Assembly (NCBI RefSeq): GCF_009828925.2
Contig: NZ_WUTY02000001.1
Span: forward strand, 1,060,492 to 1,084,491
Length of the DNA: 24,000 nucleotides
From: Methylicorpusculum oleiharenae
Lineage (GTDB): Bacteria; Pseudomonadota; Gammaproteobacteria; Methylococcales; Methylomonadaceae
Reading direction: 5' to 3'
Shown here piece after piece: positions 1-8,400 of this stretch. The notes under the pieces are model-generated. The model did no database searches. It was not told the origin of the DNA and saw nothing but the letters and a program-made list of their open reading frames with translations. The position numbers and the translations under genes are program-made. Position 1 is the stretch's first letter; each line of letters starts with the position of its first letter.

Positions 1-343
1 GTTGCCCTGCATGAACCGCTACACCTACCTTGGCGGATTGATAGGCCATGGGCACCGAGTATTTATTCGATTGCCAGGAAATCAGGCTGGTTTTATCAAC
101 CTGTCGGGTTTCGGAGGCTACCGCCTGATGCGGTAAGCAGGCAGGCGTCAAATAAGACTGCATTTTGTCTTTTTCTTCCCGGTCATAATGCACTTGAGGC
201 TGTTGCTGTGTTGAACCATGGAGACGCTGATTAGCAAGGGTATCCAGCCAATCCTTTAAATAGTTTTCCAGTGCCTGCCAATCGTTGAATTCTTCACCAT
301 AGAAGCCATTCTGTTTGACATATTTAACCCCGGCTTCCACATG
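1..343 (-). pseudogene. IS21-family IstA transposase, C-terminal fragment; runs off the window start and is fused in frame to an IS30 fragment
   Basis: Minus-strand translation reads ...VEAGVKYVKQNGFYGEEFNDWQALENYLKDWLDTLANQRLHGSTQQQPQVHYDREEKDKMQSYL...RQVDKTSLISWQSNKYSVPMAYQSAKVGV. This fits my recollection of the IstA C-terminal pattern (KGKVE-xxVKYVK...ANxRxHGTT...GNxYSVP). The frame is open to position 1. There is no start codon, so it is absent from the ORF track. Confidence 0.6.
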
Positions 344-877
344 ATTTTTACCGATTACGGTATCAATCTCCCAATCGCCGACACGGCTCTTCTCGTCAAC
401 AATCGCCGGTCTTTCTGCAATGCCGACACGTCCGACAATCTGCCCCCGTTTGTCTTTCGAGCCATATTTCTTGCGGCGCTTCTTGTGGGCTTGGCGCAGG
501 TGCTTATACAGATCGCCTCCCGCTCGTTTGTCCGTCCAAATATGCTGATAGATCCGTTCATGATTGAGGCGAGTGCCGTGCTCCTTGTCCAGCCATCCCG
601 AAACTTGCTCAGGACTCCAATCCAGGCGCACTTGGGCTTCAATTAAGCTAATCACTTGCGCAGTCTTTAACTGCCTTAACGGCTTGCTGTTTGCGTCTGT
701 CCGATTTGATCTGGGCCTGTTTAGGACGATATCCACGTAACCCGCGATTACGGGTTAGCTCACCACGGCTGACCGTACCCTCAGAGACGCCAATGATCTC
801 GGATTTGTCTGTCCCGCTTTCAATAAGGCGGCAATCTGGTATCTTTGTGCTTCGGTCAACTGTTTGTAGTCTGTCAT
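344..877 (-). pseudogene. IS30-family transposase, N-terminal half, with two frameshifts and truncation before the DDE core ends
   Basis: ATG at 877-875 gives MTDYKQLTEAQRYQIAALLKAG. A frame change near 820 continues with TDKSEIIGVSEGTVSRGELTRNRGLRGYRPKQAQ. A second change near 650 continues with LIEAQVRLDWSPEQVSGWL...RPAIVDEKSRVGDWEIDTVIGKNH. The HTH, WSPEQ and GDWExD motifs are typical of IS30. The sequence stops abruptly at about 343. Confidence 0.65.
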
Positions 878-902
878 CGCTTATCCATCTTTGGTCGGAT
901 TG

Positions 903-938
903 AGAAGGGGGTGGCACTACAACAGTTGACCCCCTTCT
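903..938. repeat. 9-bp-stem inverted repeat just outside the IS30 transposase start; possible IS30 terminal or translation-control structure
   Basis: AGAAGGGGG (903-911) is complementary to CCCCCTTCT (930-938), with an 18-nt loop. It lies 26 nt from the transposase ATG. Confidence 0.4.
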
Positions 939-1021
939 TAATCATTCAAAATGAATTGCACTTGTTAGTTGAATCCGCGGGATTATTTGAAGCTATGTGT
1001 GAATGAATAGATGCCGTCGTT

Positions 1022-1108
1022 CCGGCAGGGATTGCCAGGGTCCAGAAGCCATGGATGGCAAAGGCTGTAACACGTCCTTATGCCCTGGATACCGGCAATC
1101 CCTGCCGG
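1022..1108. repeat. REP/MITE-like imperfect palindrome; an extra half-site copy sits at 1211-1222
   Basis: CCGGCAGGGATTGCC (1022-1036) pairs perfectly with GGCAATCCCTGCCGG (1094-1108). An inner CCAGGG/CCCTGG extension pairs 1035-1040 with 1083-1088. CCGGCAGGGATT recurs as a direct copy at 1211-1222. No ORF covers the region. Confidence 0.6.
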
Positions 1109-1582
1109 TAGACGCACCTGCTACGATCAACGCCTCACGCTTATGACAGTCTTCGAAAGAGTTCTGAGCTAATGGTATTTTTTGGTCATTAACTGTGTTT
1201 TTTTGTTTAACCGGCAGGGATTAAATCACATTGAATTTACAAATAAACATTTCTCTCCTCATGCTCTTTACAGCAAATTCCGCCCAATAAATTCCAAACA
1301 GAAATTAAAACGGGCAAACTCAAAAAGGTTTAAAAGTTGATAAATAACGTTTATAAAGAGGAGTTTATATATGTTTTGCGAAACTTTGTTGATTACAAAC
1401 TAAAATTAGATCTATAGAGTCAGTAACAAACAACCGTTGTATTTATCAGACAACTCATTCAGTTGGTTTGTGGTTTTAGATATTTGAATAAGCTAGTTAC
1501 CAATGTCTTTTTTACGAAATAAAGCACTAGAGTTTTACCTCGAAAATGACATTGTCCTGTGTTTGTTAATTAACCAATAACT

Positions 1583-4108
1583 ATGAGTCTTATGGAAATA
1601 GTGTACCTAGAAGATAGCTCGGTTAATTCGAATGTGCCTCCTGTATTAAATGCAAACATAAACGAAGTCTATTTGATTGATAGGGTTACGTCGCTGGTTG
1701 ATGCAATAAAACGTCTTGAGCAATATCCGCGTTATCAGGCAGTTCTTCTTGATTTTAAACTTCCAGCTAAAGACAGTTTGGAATTATTGAGTTATATACG
1801 ATCAAACGGCATACCGCTAGCAGTGATTGTTATAACCGAAACAAGTGATTTTGAATCAGTAATAACTGCATTTAAAGCCGGTGTAGATGATTATTTATCA
1901 AATGATACAGACTTTGAAACTCATTTTCCGGTTAAGCTAAAAGCCGTGTTGACACGATCAAATGAGCGTAAAGATGAAAGTTATTTTTATGAAAAGAAGG
2001 TGGAAATTCTGAAAAAAGTAAAAGATCAATCTGAATTATCACTTGAACAACAGACATTAAAAGCTTCGCCTGATAGGCTGAGGAATTTGTTGGCTGCCAG
2101 CCCGATTGTTTTGTACACATTGAAGATTAACGATTCAACGTACAGCACCAGTTGGATAAGCGAAAATATTGTTAAGGATTTCGGTTATAGTCAGATAGAG
2201 GCGTTAGCCCAGGATTGGTGGATAAAAAAAATTCATCCGGACGACAGAAAAAGAGTGATAGTAAAAGTTGATTCTCTTCTTGCTGAAGGTCACTCTGTTC
2301 TTGAATACCGGTTTTTTAATAAACAAGGTGAGTTTCGTTGGGTTCGCGACGACTTTAATGTTTTATATGATGATAACGGTGAGCCGGTCGAGATTTTAGG
2401 CGCATGGTTGGACATAACTGAACAAAAATTGGCGCTAGAGGCATTAAAGCGATCTGCTGCGGTCTTTGAAAATACCAAGGACGGTGCAGTAATTACGGAT
2501 CTTTCATCGATCATTGTGGCCGTGAATCCGGCGTTTTGTGAAATCACCGGTTACAAGGCTGAAGAGGTTTTGGGTAAGTGCACGAGTATCCTTAGGTCCT
2601 GCCGGCATGACAATAAGTTTTACCATGATTTATGGGAAGATTTAATTAACAATGGTCACTGGCAGGGGGAGATTTGGAATCGACGAAAAAATGGCGAGCT
2701 ATATCCCCAGTTTCTAAGTATCAGCACTATTCATGACGAGTTAGGCCACGCTTCGAATTATGTGGGTGTTTTTACTGATATCAGCCAAATAAAACAGTCA
2801 AAAGAACGCCTGGAACATTTAGCTCATTATGATCCACTGACGCATTTACCTAACCGCTTGTTGATACAGTCAAGACTAAAACATGCACTTGAAGTTGCTC
2901 AGCGTCATGATAATCGCATAGCGGTTTTATTTATTGATCTGGATCATTTTAAAACGGTTAATGACAGCATGGGTCACCCGATAGGTGATGAATTACTGGC
3001 AACGGTCGCACAACGATTAAATAAGCGGCTCAGAGAGGAAGACAGTTTAGGGAGATTGGGTGGAGACGAGTTTTTAGTGGTCATTGAACAAATGGAAAAA
3101 ACGCTGGATGCCGTCGAATTGGCTTTATCGCTATTAGATCGTATTGCGGAACCTTTTACCTTAAGTAATGGCCAGACGGTTTTTATTGGCGCAAGTATTG
3201 GTATCAGTTTGTTTCCGGATGATGCGGACTCTGTGACTGAGTTGATTCAGCATTCCGATTCGGCGATGTATCTGGCTAAAAATCAGGGGCGAAATACCTA
3301 CCGGTTTTATACGGAAGATCTTACGCGCTTGGCAAATGAACGCCTTAATTTGGAAAGCCGTTTAAGACGTGCGCTGGAAAGAAAAGAGTTCTTTTTACAA
3401 TATCAGCCTTTAATTGCCGATTTGACGCATGAAATTGTCGGTGTTGAGGCGTTATTGCGTTGGAATGATCCAGAGTTTGGGATTATTTCACCTAATCAAT
3501 TCATTCCGTTGACTGAAGAAACCGGGCTGATCATCATATTAGGCGAGTGGGTTCTGCTTAATGCATGCGCACAAGCTAAAGCATGGCTGGATAACGGTCG
3601 TCCTCCTCTGTATGTCGCTGTAAATTTATCACCGGTTCAATTTAGAAATCAGGATATGGTCTGTCTGATAAAAAAAGCACTGGATGAAACCGGACTGCCG
3701 GCAGAATATTTGGAACTAGAAATTACAGAAGGCATTTTAATGGAGCAAGCGGATCAGGCTCTGATAACCCTGGCAAATTTAAAGACATTAGGCGTAAGTC
3801 TTGCTGTGGATGATTTTGGAACAGGTTATTCATCACTTTCTTATCTGAAGCGTTTTCCTTTGGACAAGCTCAAAATTGACCGGAGTTTTGTTGATGGTTT
3901 GGGAACTGACGAAAATGATCAGGCGATAGTAAAAGCAGTAATCGCAATGGGCCACAGTCTTGGAATCAAAACATTGGCGGAAGGTGTAGAGACAACTCAG
4001 CAACTCAACATACTCAAGCAGTTAGGTTGTCAATTTTATCAAGGGTATTTGTTCGGTAAACCTATGATGCCTGGGGATATTGAAAAAGTTGAAAAAATTT
4101 ATTTATGA
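1583..4108 (+). CDS. Receiver-like domain / PAS / PAS / GGDEF / EAL c-di-GMP turnover protein (841 aa)
   Basis: N-terminal CheY-like region (LLDFKLP, VIVITET). Two PAS segments. GGDEF domain with RLGGDEF and an RxxD I-site (REED, 5 aa upstream). EAL domain with EALLRW, NLSP, ELEITE, DDFGTGYSSLSYL, KIDRSF, EGVET and QGY all present. Confidence 0.9.
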   Translation: MSLMEIVYLEDSSVNSNVPPVLNANINEVYLIDRVTSLVDAIKRLEQYPRYQAVLLDFKLPAKDSLELLSYIRSNGIPLAVIVITETSDFESVITAFKAGVDDYLSNDTDFETHFPVKLKAVLTRSNERKDESYFYEKKVEILKKVKDQSELSLEQQTLKASPDRLRNLLAASPIVLYTLKINDSTYSTSWISENIVKDFGYSQIEALAQDWWIKKIHPDDRKRVIVKVDSLLAEGHSVLEYRFFNKQGEFRWVRDDFNVLYDDNGEPVEILGAWLDITEQKLALEALKRSAAVFENTKDGAVITDLSSIIVAVNPAFCEITGYKAEEVLGKCTSILRSCRHDNKFYHDLWEDLINNGHWQGEIWNRRKNGELYPQFLSISTIHDELGHASNYVGVFTDISQIKQSKERLEHLAHYDPLTHLPNRLLIQSRLKHALEVAQRHDNRIAVLFIDLDHFKTVNDSMGHPIGDELLATVAQRLNKRLREEDSLGRLGGDEFLVVIEQMEKTLDAVELALSLLDRIAEPFTLSNGQTVFIGASIGISLFPDDADSVTELIQHSDSAMYLAKNQGRNTYRFYTEDLTRLANERLNLESRLRRALERKEFFLQYQPLIADLTHEIVGVEALLRWNDPEFGIISPNQFIPLTEETGLIIILGEWVLLNACAQAKAWLDNGRPPLYVAVNLSPVQFRNQDMVCLIKKALDETGLPAEYLELEITEGILMEQADQALITLANLKTLGVSLAVDDFGTGYSSLSYLKRFPLDKLKIDRSFVDGLGTDENDQAIVKAVIAMGHSLGIKTLAEGVETTQQLNILKQLGCQFYQGYLFGKPMMPGDIEKVEKIYL

Positions 4109-4147
4109 TTTAGGCACGTTATTTAATTCGCACTACATTGCTATGGC

Positions 4148-5695
4148 TTAGCCAATAATGCATTGGTTTCGGCCATTGTTTTTTGCCTGATACAAAGCTT
4201 GGTCTGCTCTTTCGAAGACGGTCTCCGGGACATCGTTATCTTTGAAATCACTGATGCCGCTGGAAATGGTAATTTCAATTGTTTTACCACTCGATAAAAA
4301 ACGAGTCCTTTCTATAATCATTCTTAATTTATTGGCGAGAGTTAGTGCTGACTCACTGTCAGTATTTGGCAGCAACATAGTGAACTCCTCTCCGCCAAAA
4401 CGACATAGGAAGTCAGAATTACGGCAATTTTCACTCAATAATTGCGCTATGATCTTAAGCGTTTTATCACCAGCCTTATGTCCGAATGTGTCATTGATTT
4501 TTTTAAAATTATCGATATCCCAAATAATGAGTGACAGCGGTGTTTTATAACGAAGCCAGCGTGAAAATTCGGTTTCCATGCGTTCATCGAAAGAAATACG
4601 ATTACCTATGCCGGTAAGCGGGTCTCGTAATGCCTTATTGTGAGCCATCACTAAACTTGATTTGAGTTCTACAGCTTCGGTTTCCATTTTCAGAATACGG
4701 CAGCTAAGCTCATCCAATTGCTTTTCTGCAAATAGCCTCTGTTGTTCTTCTTGTTCACGATGCAGCTTTATTTGTTGAGCTATGGCTTCAAGCCGCATAC
4801 TAATGATTTGTTTTAATGGATCAAGATTGGTTGCACTTGCGGATGTTTTTTGCAAGTCTTGCATCTGCTCGGCGACAAACTGATCCAGTTTGTTTCGGCT
4901 TAATGTGGATTGGTGTGAAGCGGCATTGGCATCACTGGCTTGTAAGCCCAGTTCAGTCAGTTGATCGGTGATATAAGACAAAAACTCCTGAATATCATTT
5001 TGTTCCAATTCCATGTGATTTTTGATGGAAACCAATAAAGACACAAACTGATTTAACAGTGATTTAAGCGACGCAGCATTATGAGATGTTTGTAGCTGAT
5101 CTCGCAGAAGCTGTGCTCGTGCCTCAAACTCAAAGGGAACTTCAAGGTCGTTGAGTAAAATCAACAATTGGCTGCATACCGTTTTTGTTGCAATTCTCTC
5201 CGTTGAATCTACAGATTCCGGGGCATGTAGTTCTTTGCTATCGCTGGTGGGTTCTGTGACTGCCAATAGTGCATTGAACAAATCATTGCGAGATTTAAAC
5301 TCATTATGATGTTGTTTCTTCTCAATTTGCCTGAATGCTTCAACTTTCGTTTCATCTGAATAAAGCGTAACCAGAAATTCGAATAGCAAGGATGTGACTT
5401 CCGCACTATCCGGCTCCTCAATTTCATTCAGCGTTAAAACTGCTCTGGTCAGTGCTTCTAAATCTTGTTTTAGCTGGGTATTTTGTAATCCGGATTTAAC
5501 AGCGTTATAAATCTTGTCGATGTAGGGATCAAGGGGCTTTTGGAAGCCCTTTGCGATTAAAGCCAGTCTTACAACTGTTTTACAGAGAAGTTCTTCATTC
5601 TCAACGCTCAGTTTTTCGGCTAATTCTTGCTGATCGAGAAGGTTTAGGTACTTCTCTTTCCATTTATCTTCATCACTTTTATTAAAAAAGTTCAT
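4148..5695 (-). CDS. Diguanylate cyclase with a long N-terminal coiled-coil region (515 aa), possibly DgcP-like
   Basis: C-terminal GGDEF domain (DPLTGIGNR, DIDNFKKINDTFGH, RFGGEEF, I-site RNSD). About 340 N-terminal residues are helical and Q/E/L-rich, with no TM segment or recognisable sensor domain. Confidence 0.85.
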   Translation of the reverse strand: MNFFNKSDEDKWKEKYLNLLDQQELAEKLSVENEELLCKTVVRLALIAKGFQKPLDPYIDKIYNAVKSGLQNTQLKQDLEALTRAVLTLNEIEEPDSAEVTSLLFEFLVTLYSDETKVEAFRQIEKKQHHNEFKSRNDLFNALLAVTEPTSDSKELHAPESVDSTERIATKTVCSQLLILLNDLEVPFEFEARAQLLRDQLQTSHNAASLKSLLNQFVSLLVSIKNHMELEQNDIQEFLSYITDQLTELGLQASDANAASHQSTLSRNKLDQFVAEQMQDLQKTSASATNLDPLKQIISMRLEAIAQQIKLHREQEEQQRLFAEKQLDELSCRILKMETEAVELKSSLVMAHNKALRDPLTGIGNRISFDERMETEFSRWLRYKTPLSLIIWDIDNFKKINDTFGHKAGDKTLKIIAQLLSENCRNSDFLCRFGGEEFTMLLPNTDSESALTLANKLRMIIERTRFLSSGKTIEITISSGISDFKDNDVPETVFERADQALYQAKNNGRNQCIIG

Positions 5696-5889
5696 AAAGC
5701 TGACCTCTGCAATAGTAAGCTTTTACGTAAGCTCGGCAGTTGAAATGATGAGGCGCATTTTGAGTGGTATAGGGACACGTTGCCATACTCAATGAATTAC
5801 AATTATTTGTTAAATCCGGATGGTAAATACCTTTTTGCCGTTTGTTTATTATGGTAAAGAGGAGGTTCAGCTTAATCTTTATTAAAAAA

Positions 5890-6510
5890 CTACTGCCCGC
5901 TTTCCTGTTTAATCAACTGATTCATTACGTTGATCATGTTCTCTTGCGATTTGGCAAGAGGTCCATTCGTTTTATATTTACCATTGATAATAATAGCAGG
6001 TACGCCAGTAATACCATAACGAGGGGCTAAAGCTTTAGCTTGCCGAACTTTGGCATCGACAAGAAAAGAGCCATATGCATTTTTAAAGTCCGCTTCGCTA
6101 ACGCCATGAGAAGTAAAAAATTTAAGCAACGCTTCCTCAGTATCTAAAGTTTGTTTTTTGTTCTGAATGGCATCAAAAAAATCGGCATGAACTTTGTCAA
6201 CAACCCCTAGCGCTTCAGCCGTGAAATAAGCTTTTGCGTGTTTTTCCCATAAGCTGCTAAATACAGCAGGCATACGGATGAACTCAACGTTATCGGGCTT
6301 GCTTTTAAGCCATTTGTTTAAATCGGGCTCCAAATGGTAGCAGTGAGGGCAGCCGTACCAAAAGAACTCAATGATTTCTATTTTGTCAGGATTTTGAGTG
6401 GGCTGTGCCGGACTTATTACTTCGTAGCCCTGATTTTCAGCCTGCAGTAATGTTGAAAAACCTAACAAAAAAAACATAAGCAGTATGTTACGAGTTTTTT
6501 TAATAAGCAT
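5890..6510 (-). CDS. dsbA: Periplasmic thiol:disulfide oxidoreductase DsbA
   Basis: Signal peptide MLIKKTRNILLMFFLLGFSTLLQA. Thioredoxin-fold active site FFWYGCPHCYHLEP. 206 aa. Synteny with cc4/engB/polA. Confidence 0.9.
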   Translation of the reverse strand: MLIKKTRNILLMFFLLGFSTLLQAENQGYEVISPAQPTQNPDKIEIIEFFWYGCPHCYHLEPDLNKWLKSKPDNVEFIRMPAVFSSLWEKHAKAYFTAEALGVVDKVHADFFDAIQNKKQTLDTEEALLKFFTSHGVSEADFKNAYGSFLVDAKVRQAKALAPRYGITGVPAIIINGKYKTNGPLAKSQENMINVMNQLIKQESGQ

Positions 6511-6729
6511 TGAATGATCTCCAGTTGTTTAGTTGGGGCAGATTATTAGCTACTAAGCTTTTATTAAAGGTGTTGAATTTATAGAAAATCCAGATTTATC
6601 AAACTGACTGACCGGGCTGGTATGTTAAAGAAAAGCGTTAGGTTGGGTCTGTATTCGACGGAGCAAAGTAAATGGGCGGCTTTATAATAATCAAGAAAAA
6701 TATTAGTGCTAATAACAAATACATTTATT

Positions 6730-6760
6730 GCTGAGATTCAAACAGTGCTTGAATCTCAGC
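6730..6760 (-). terminator. Candidate intrinsic terminator or attenuator between cc4 and dsbA
   Basis: GCTGAGATTCAA (6730-6741) / TTGAATCTCAGC (6749-6760) form a perfect 12-bp stem with a 7-nt loop. On the minus strand it lies about 40 nt downstream of the cc4 stop. The trailing tract is only moderately T-rich. Confidence 0.45.
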
Positions 6761-6801
6761 GTGGGTACAGCAGGCTATATTCTAAAAGAGCTCGGGCTTT
6801 T

Positions 6802-7482
6802 TTAAGGTTTCATCATGGAAATATAATAGGATACCGATTTGATCTCTTTTTCAGTCATTTTTTTAGCAATCATATGCATCATATTGTCAGGGTTATTGCT
6901 ACGCTCCCCTGATTTAAAATCGTTCAAGGTTTTTATCAGGTAATCAGCATGTTGCGATTTAATCGCAGGAAAAGCAGCCGGTTTGTTACCTTCACCAAAG
7001 GGGCCATGGCAAGCGATGCATGCGGAGACTTCTCTTTTAATATCGCCATTACGGTATAAATCGCTGCCTTCGGCAATCAATTGGTTGATGTCGCTCTCAG
7101 CTGCTTTGTTGGGATCCGCTTCGGCTTGATCATCTTCATTTACTTCGAGAGTAGGTAAGGTATTTGCCGAAATCTTTTTTGAATTGTAATAAGCCGCGAT
7201 GTCCTCGATATCCTCATCACTCAAACCCATAGCCAGAGGATTCATCATGGCATTAACCCGAGTACCGGCCTTGAAAGCTTTTAATTCTTTAATCAAGTAA
7301 GAAGAATGCTGCTGTGCAAGCTTGGGGAATGTTGATACCATGCTGTTACCGTCTTCGCCGTGGCATCCAGCGCAAGCGGCGGCTTTTTCTTTACCCGCGT
7401 TACTATTGGCTTCGGCATGTAACAAGTTGGGTGTTAACGCAGATGCCAGAGAAATTGAAAGTGCCAGCAGTTTTTTCTTCAT
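6802..7482 (-). CDS. cc4: Di-haem cytochrome c4
   Basis: Signal peptide. Two CxxCH haem sites (CAGCHG, CIACHG), each followed by a Met-containing distal segment. 226 aa. Confidence 0.9.
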   Translation of the reverse strand: MKKKLLALSISLASALTPNLLHAEANSNAGKEKAAACAGCHGEDGNSMVSTFPKLAQQHSSYLIKELKAFKAGTRVNAMMNPLAMGLSDEDIEDIAAYYNSKKISANTLPTLEVNEDDQAEADPNKAAESDINQLIAEGSDLYRNGDIKREVSACIACHGPFGEGNKPAAFPAIKSQHADYLIKTLNDFKSGERSNNPDNMMHMIAKKMTEKEIKSVSYYISMMKP

Positions 7483-7621
7483 CAGATTCCCCTTCGGAAA
7501 AAATAATCAGTGATGTTAGTCTTGATAAGTGTAAAGGTATGAATTACAAGGCTTATAGGCGCTCAAGCTCTTTGTTTTGGTCGAAATTCTACTCTAATTA
7601 GTAAGGCTTAGCGAGACAACG

Positions 7622-8233
7622 ATGAATCCAGTTTATCATCAAGCAAAATTTATTAACAGCGCGCCGGATTTACGCAGTGCTCCTGAGGACAAAGGCCTCG
7701 AAATAGCATTTGCAGGCCGTTCAAACGCAGGAAAATCAAGTGCGATCAATACGCTCACTTCACAAAAATCTTTAGCAAGAATAAGCAAGACACCAGGCCG
7801 TACCCAGTTGCTTAATTTTTTTGCTATTGACGAGCATAAACGCTTTGTCGATTTACCGGGTTATGGCTATGCCAAGGTACCGGTCCAAGTCAAAAAGAAA
7901 TGGCATGTGATGATTGAAAGTTATTTAACCGGTCGCAAGGCGCTGTGCGGCATTGTTTTGGTTATGGACGTTCGGCATCCCATGATGGAATTTGATAAGC
8001 AGATGGTTGACTGGTGCAGGCACGCCAAAATACCTTTGCATATCTTGCTGACCAAATCGGATAAATTAAATTATGGCGCGGCCAAAAATACGTTATTGAG
8101 TGTTCAAAAAGAGCTAGCGAATTCTGAAATACAAGTTTCCGTGCAGCTATTTTCAGCACTTAAAAAAGTTGGGATTGATGAAATTCACGGGCTGCTGGAT
8201 CAATGGTTCAATCCGGATCCATTAAATGAATAA
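7622..8233 (+). CDS. engB: Ribosome-biogenesis GTPase EngB/YihA
   Basis: P-loop [20 protein letters not shown] (G3) and TKSDK (G4). 203 aa. Sits divergent from cc4 and next to polA, as in other gammaproteobacteria. Confidence 0.9.
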   Translation: MNPVYHQAKFINSAPDLRSAPEDKGLEIAFAGRSNAGKSSAINTLTSQKSLARISKTPGRTQLLNFFAIDEHKRFVDLPGYGYAKVPVQVKKKWHVMIESYLTGRKALCGIVLVMDVRHPMMEFDKQMVDWCRHAKIPLHILLTKSDKLNYGAAKNTLLSVQKELANSEIQVSVQLFSALKKVGIDEIHGLLDQWFNPDPLNE

Positions 8234-8248
8234 GATAATTGAGGGATC

Positions 8249-8283
8249 AAAAAAAAGCCCCCAGAGTAATAGTGCTGGGGGCT
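8249..8283 (-). terminator. Intrinsic terminator for polA (hairpin plus U-tract on the minus strand)
   Basis: AGCCCCCAG (8256-8264) / CTGGGGGCT (8275-8283) form a 9-bp GC-rich stem. The A-run at 8249-8256 on + gives a T-run after the hairpin on the minus strand. Confidence 0.65.
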
Positions 8284-8292
8284 AGAGGAAAG

Positions 8293-8330
8293 GAACCGGA
8301 TCATTGAGGGGGGAACGTCTGATCCGGTTC
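8293..8330. terminator. Second hairpin in the engB/polA convergent spacer, with no U-tract
   Basis: GAACCGGATC (8293-8302) / GATCCGGTTC (8321-8330) form a 10-bp stem with an 18-nt loop containing G6. Confidence 0.3.
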
Positions 8331-8400
8331 AGCGTATGGGTAACGCGTAACGGTGAGATAAAAGGTTTTTAAAAAAGTTCCAAAAAATATTTTATTTTTA

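Noticed and set aside
341-917. ORF-track entries 341-646(+), 355-642(-), 648-917(-) and 691-903(+) taken as independent genes
   Set aside because: The minus-strand entries are out-of-frame pieces of, or alternative frames across, the frameshifted IS30 transposase. The plus-strand ones are antisense shadows. None is a separate gene.
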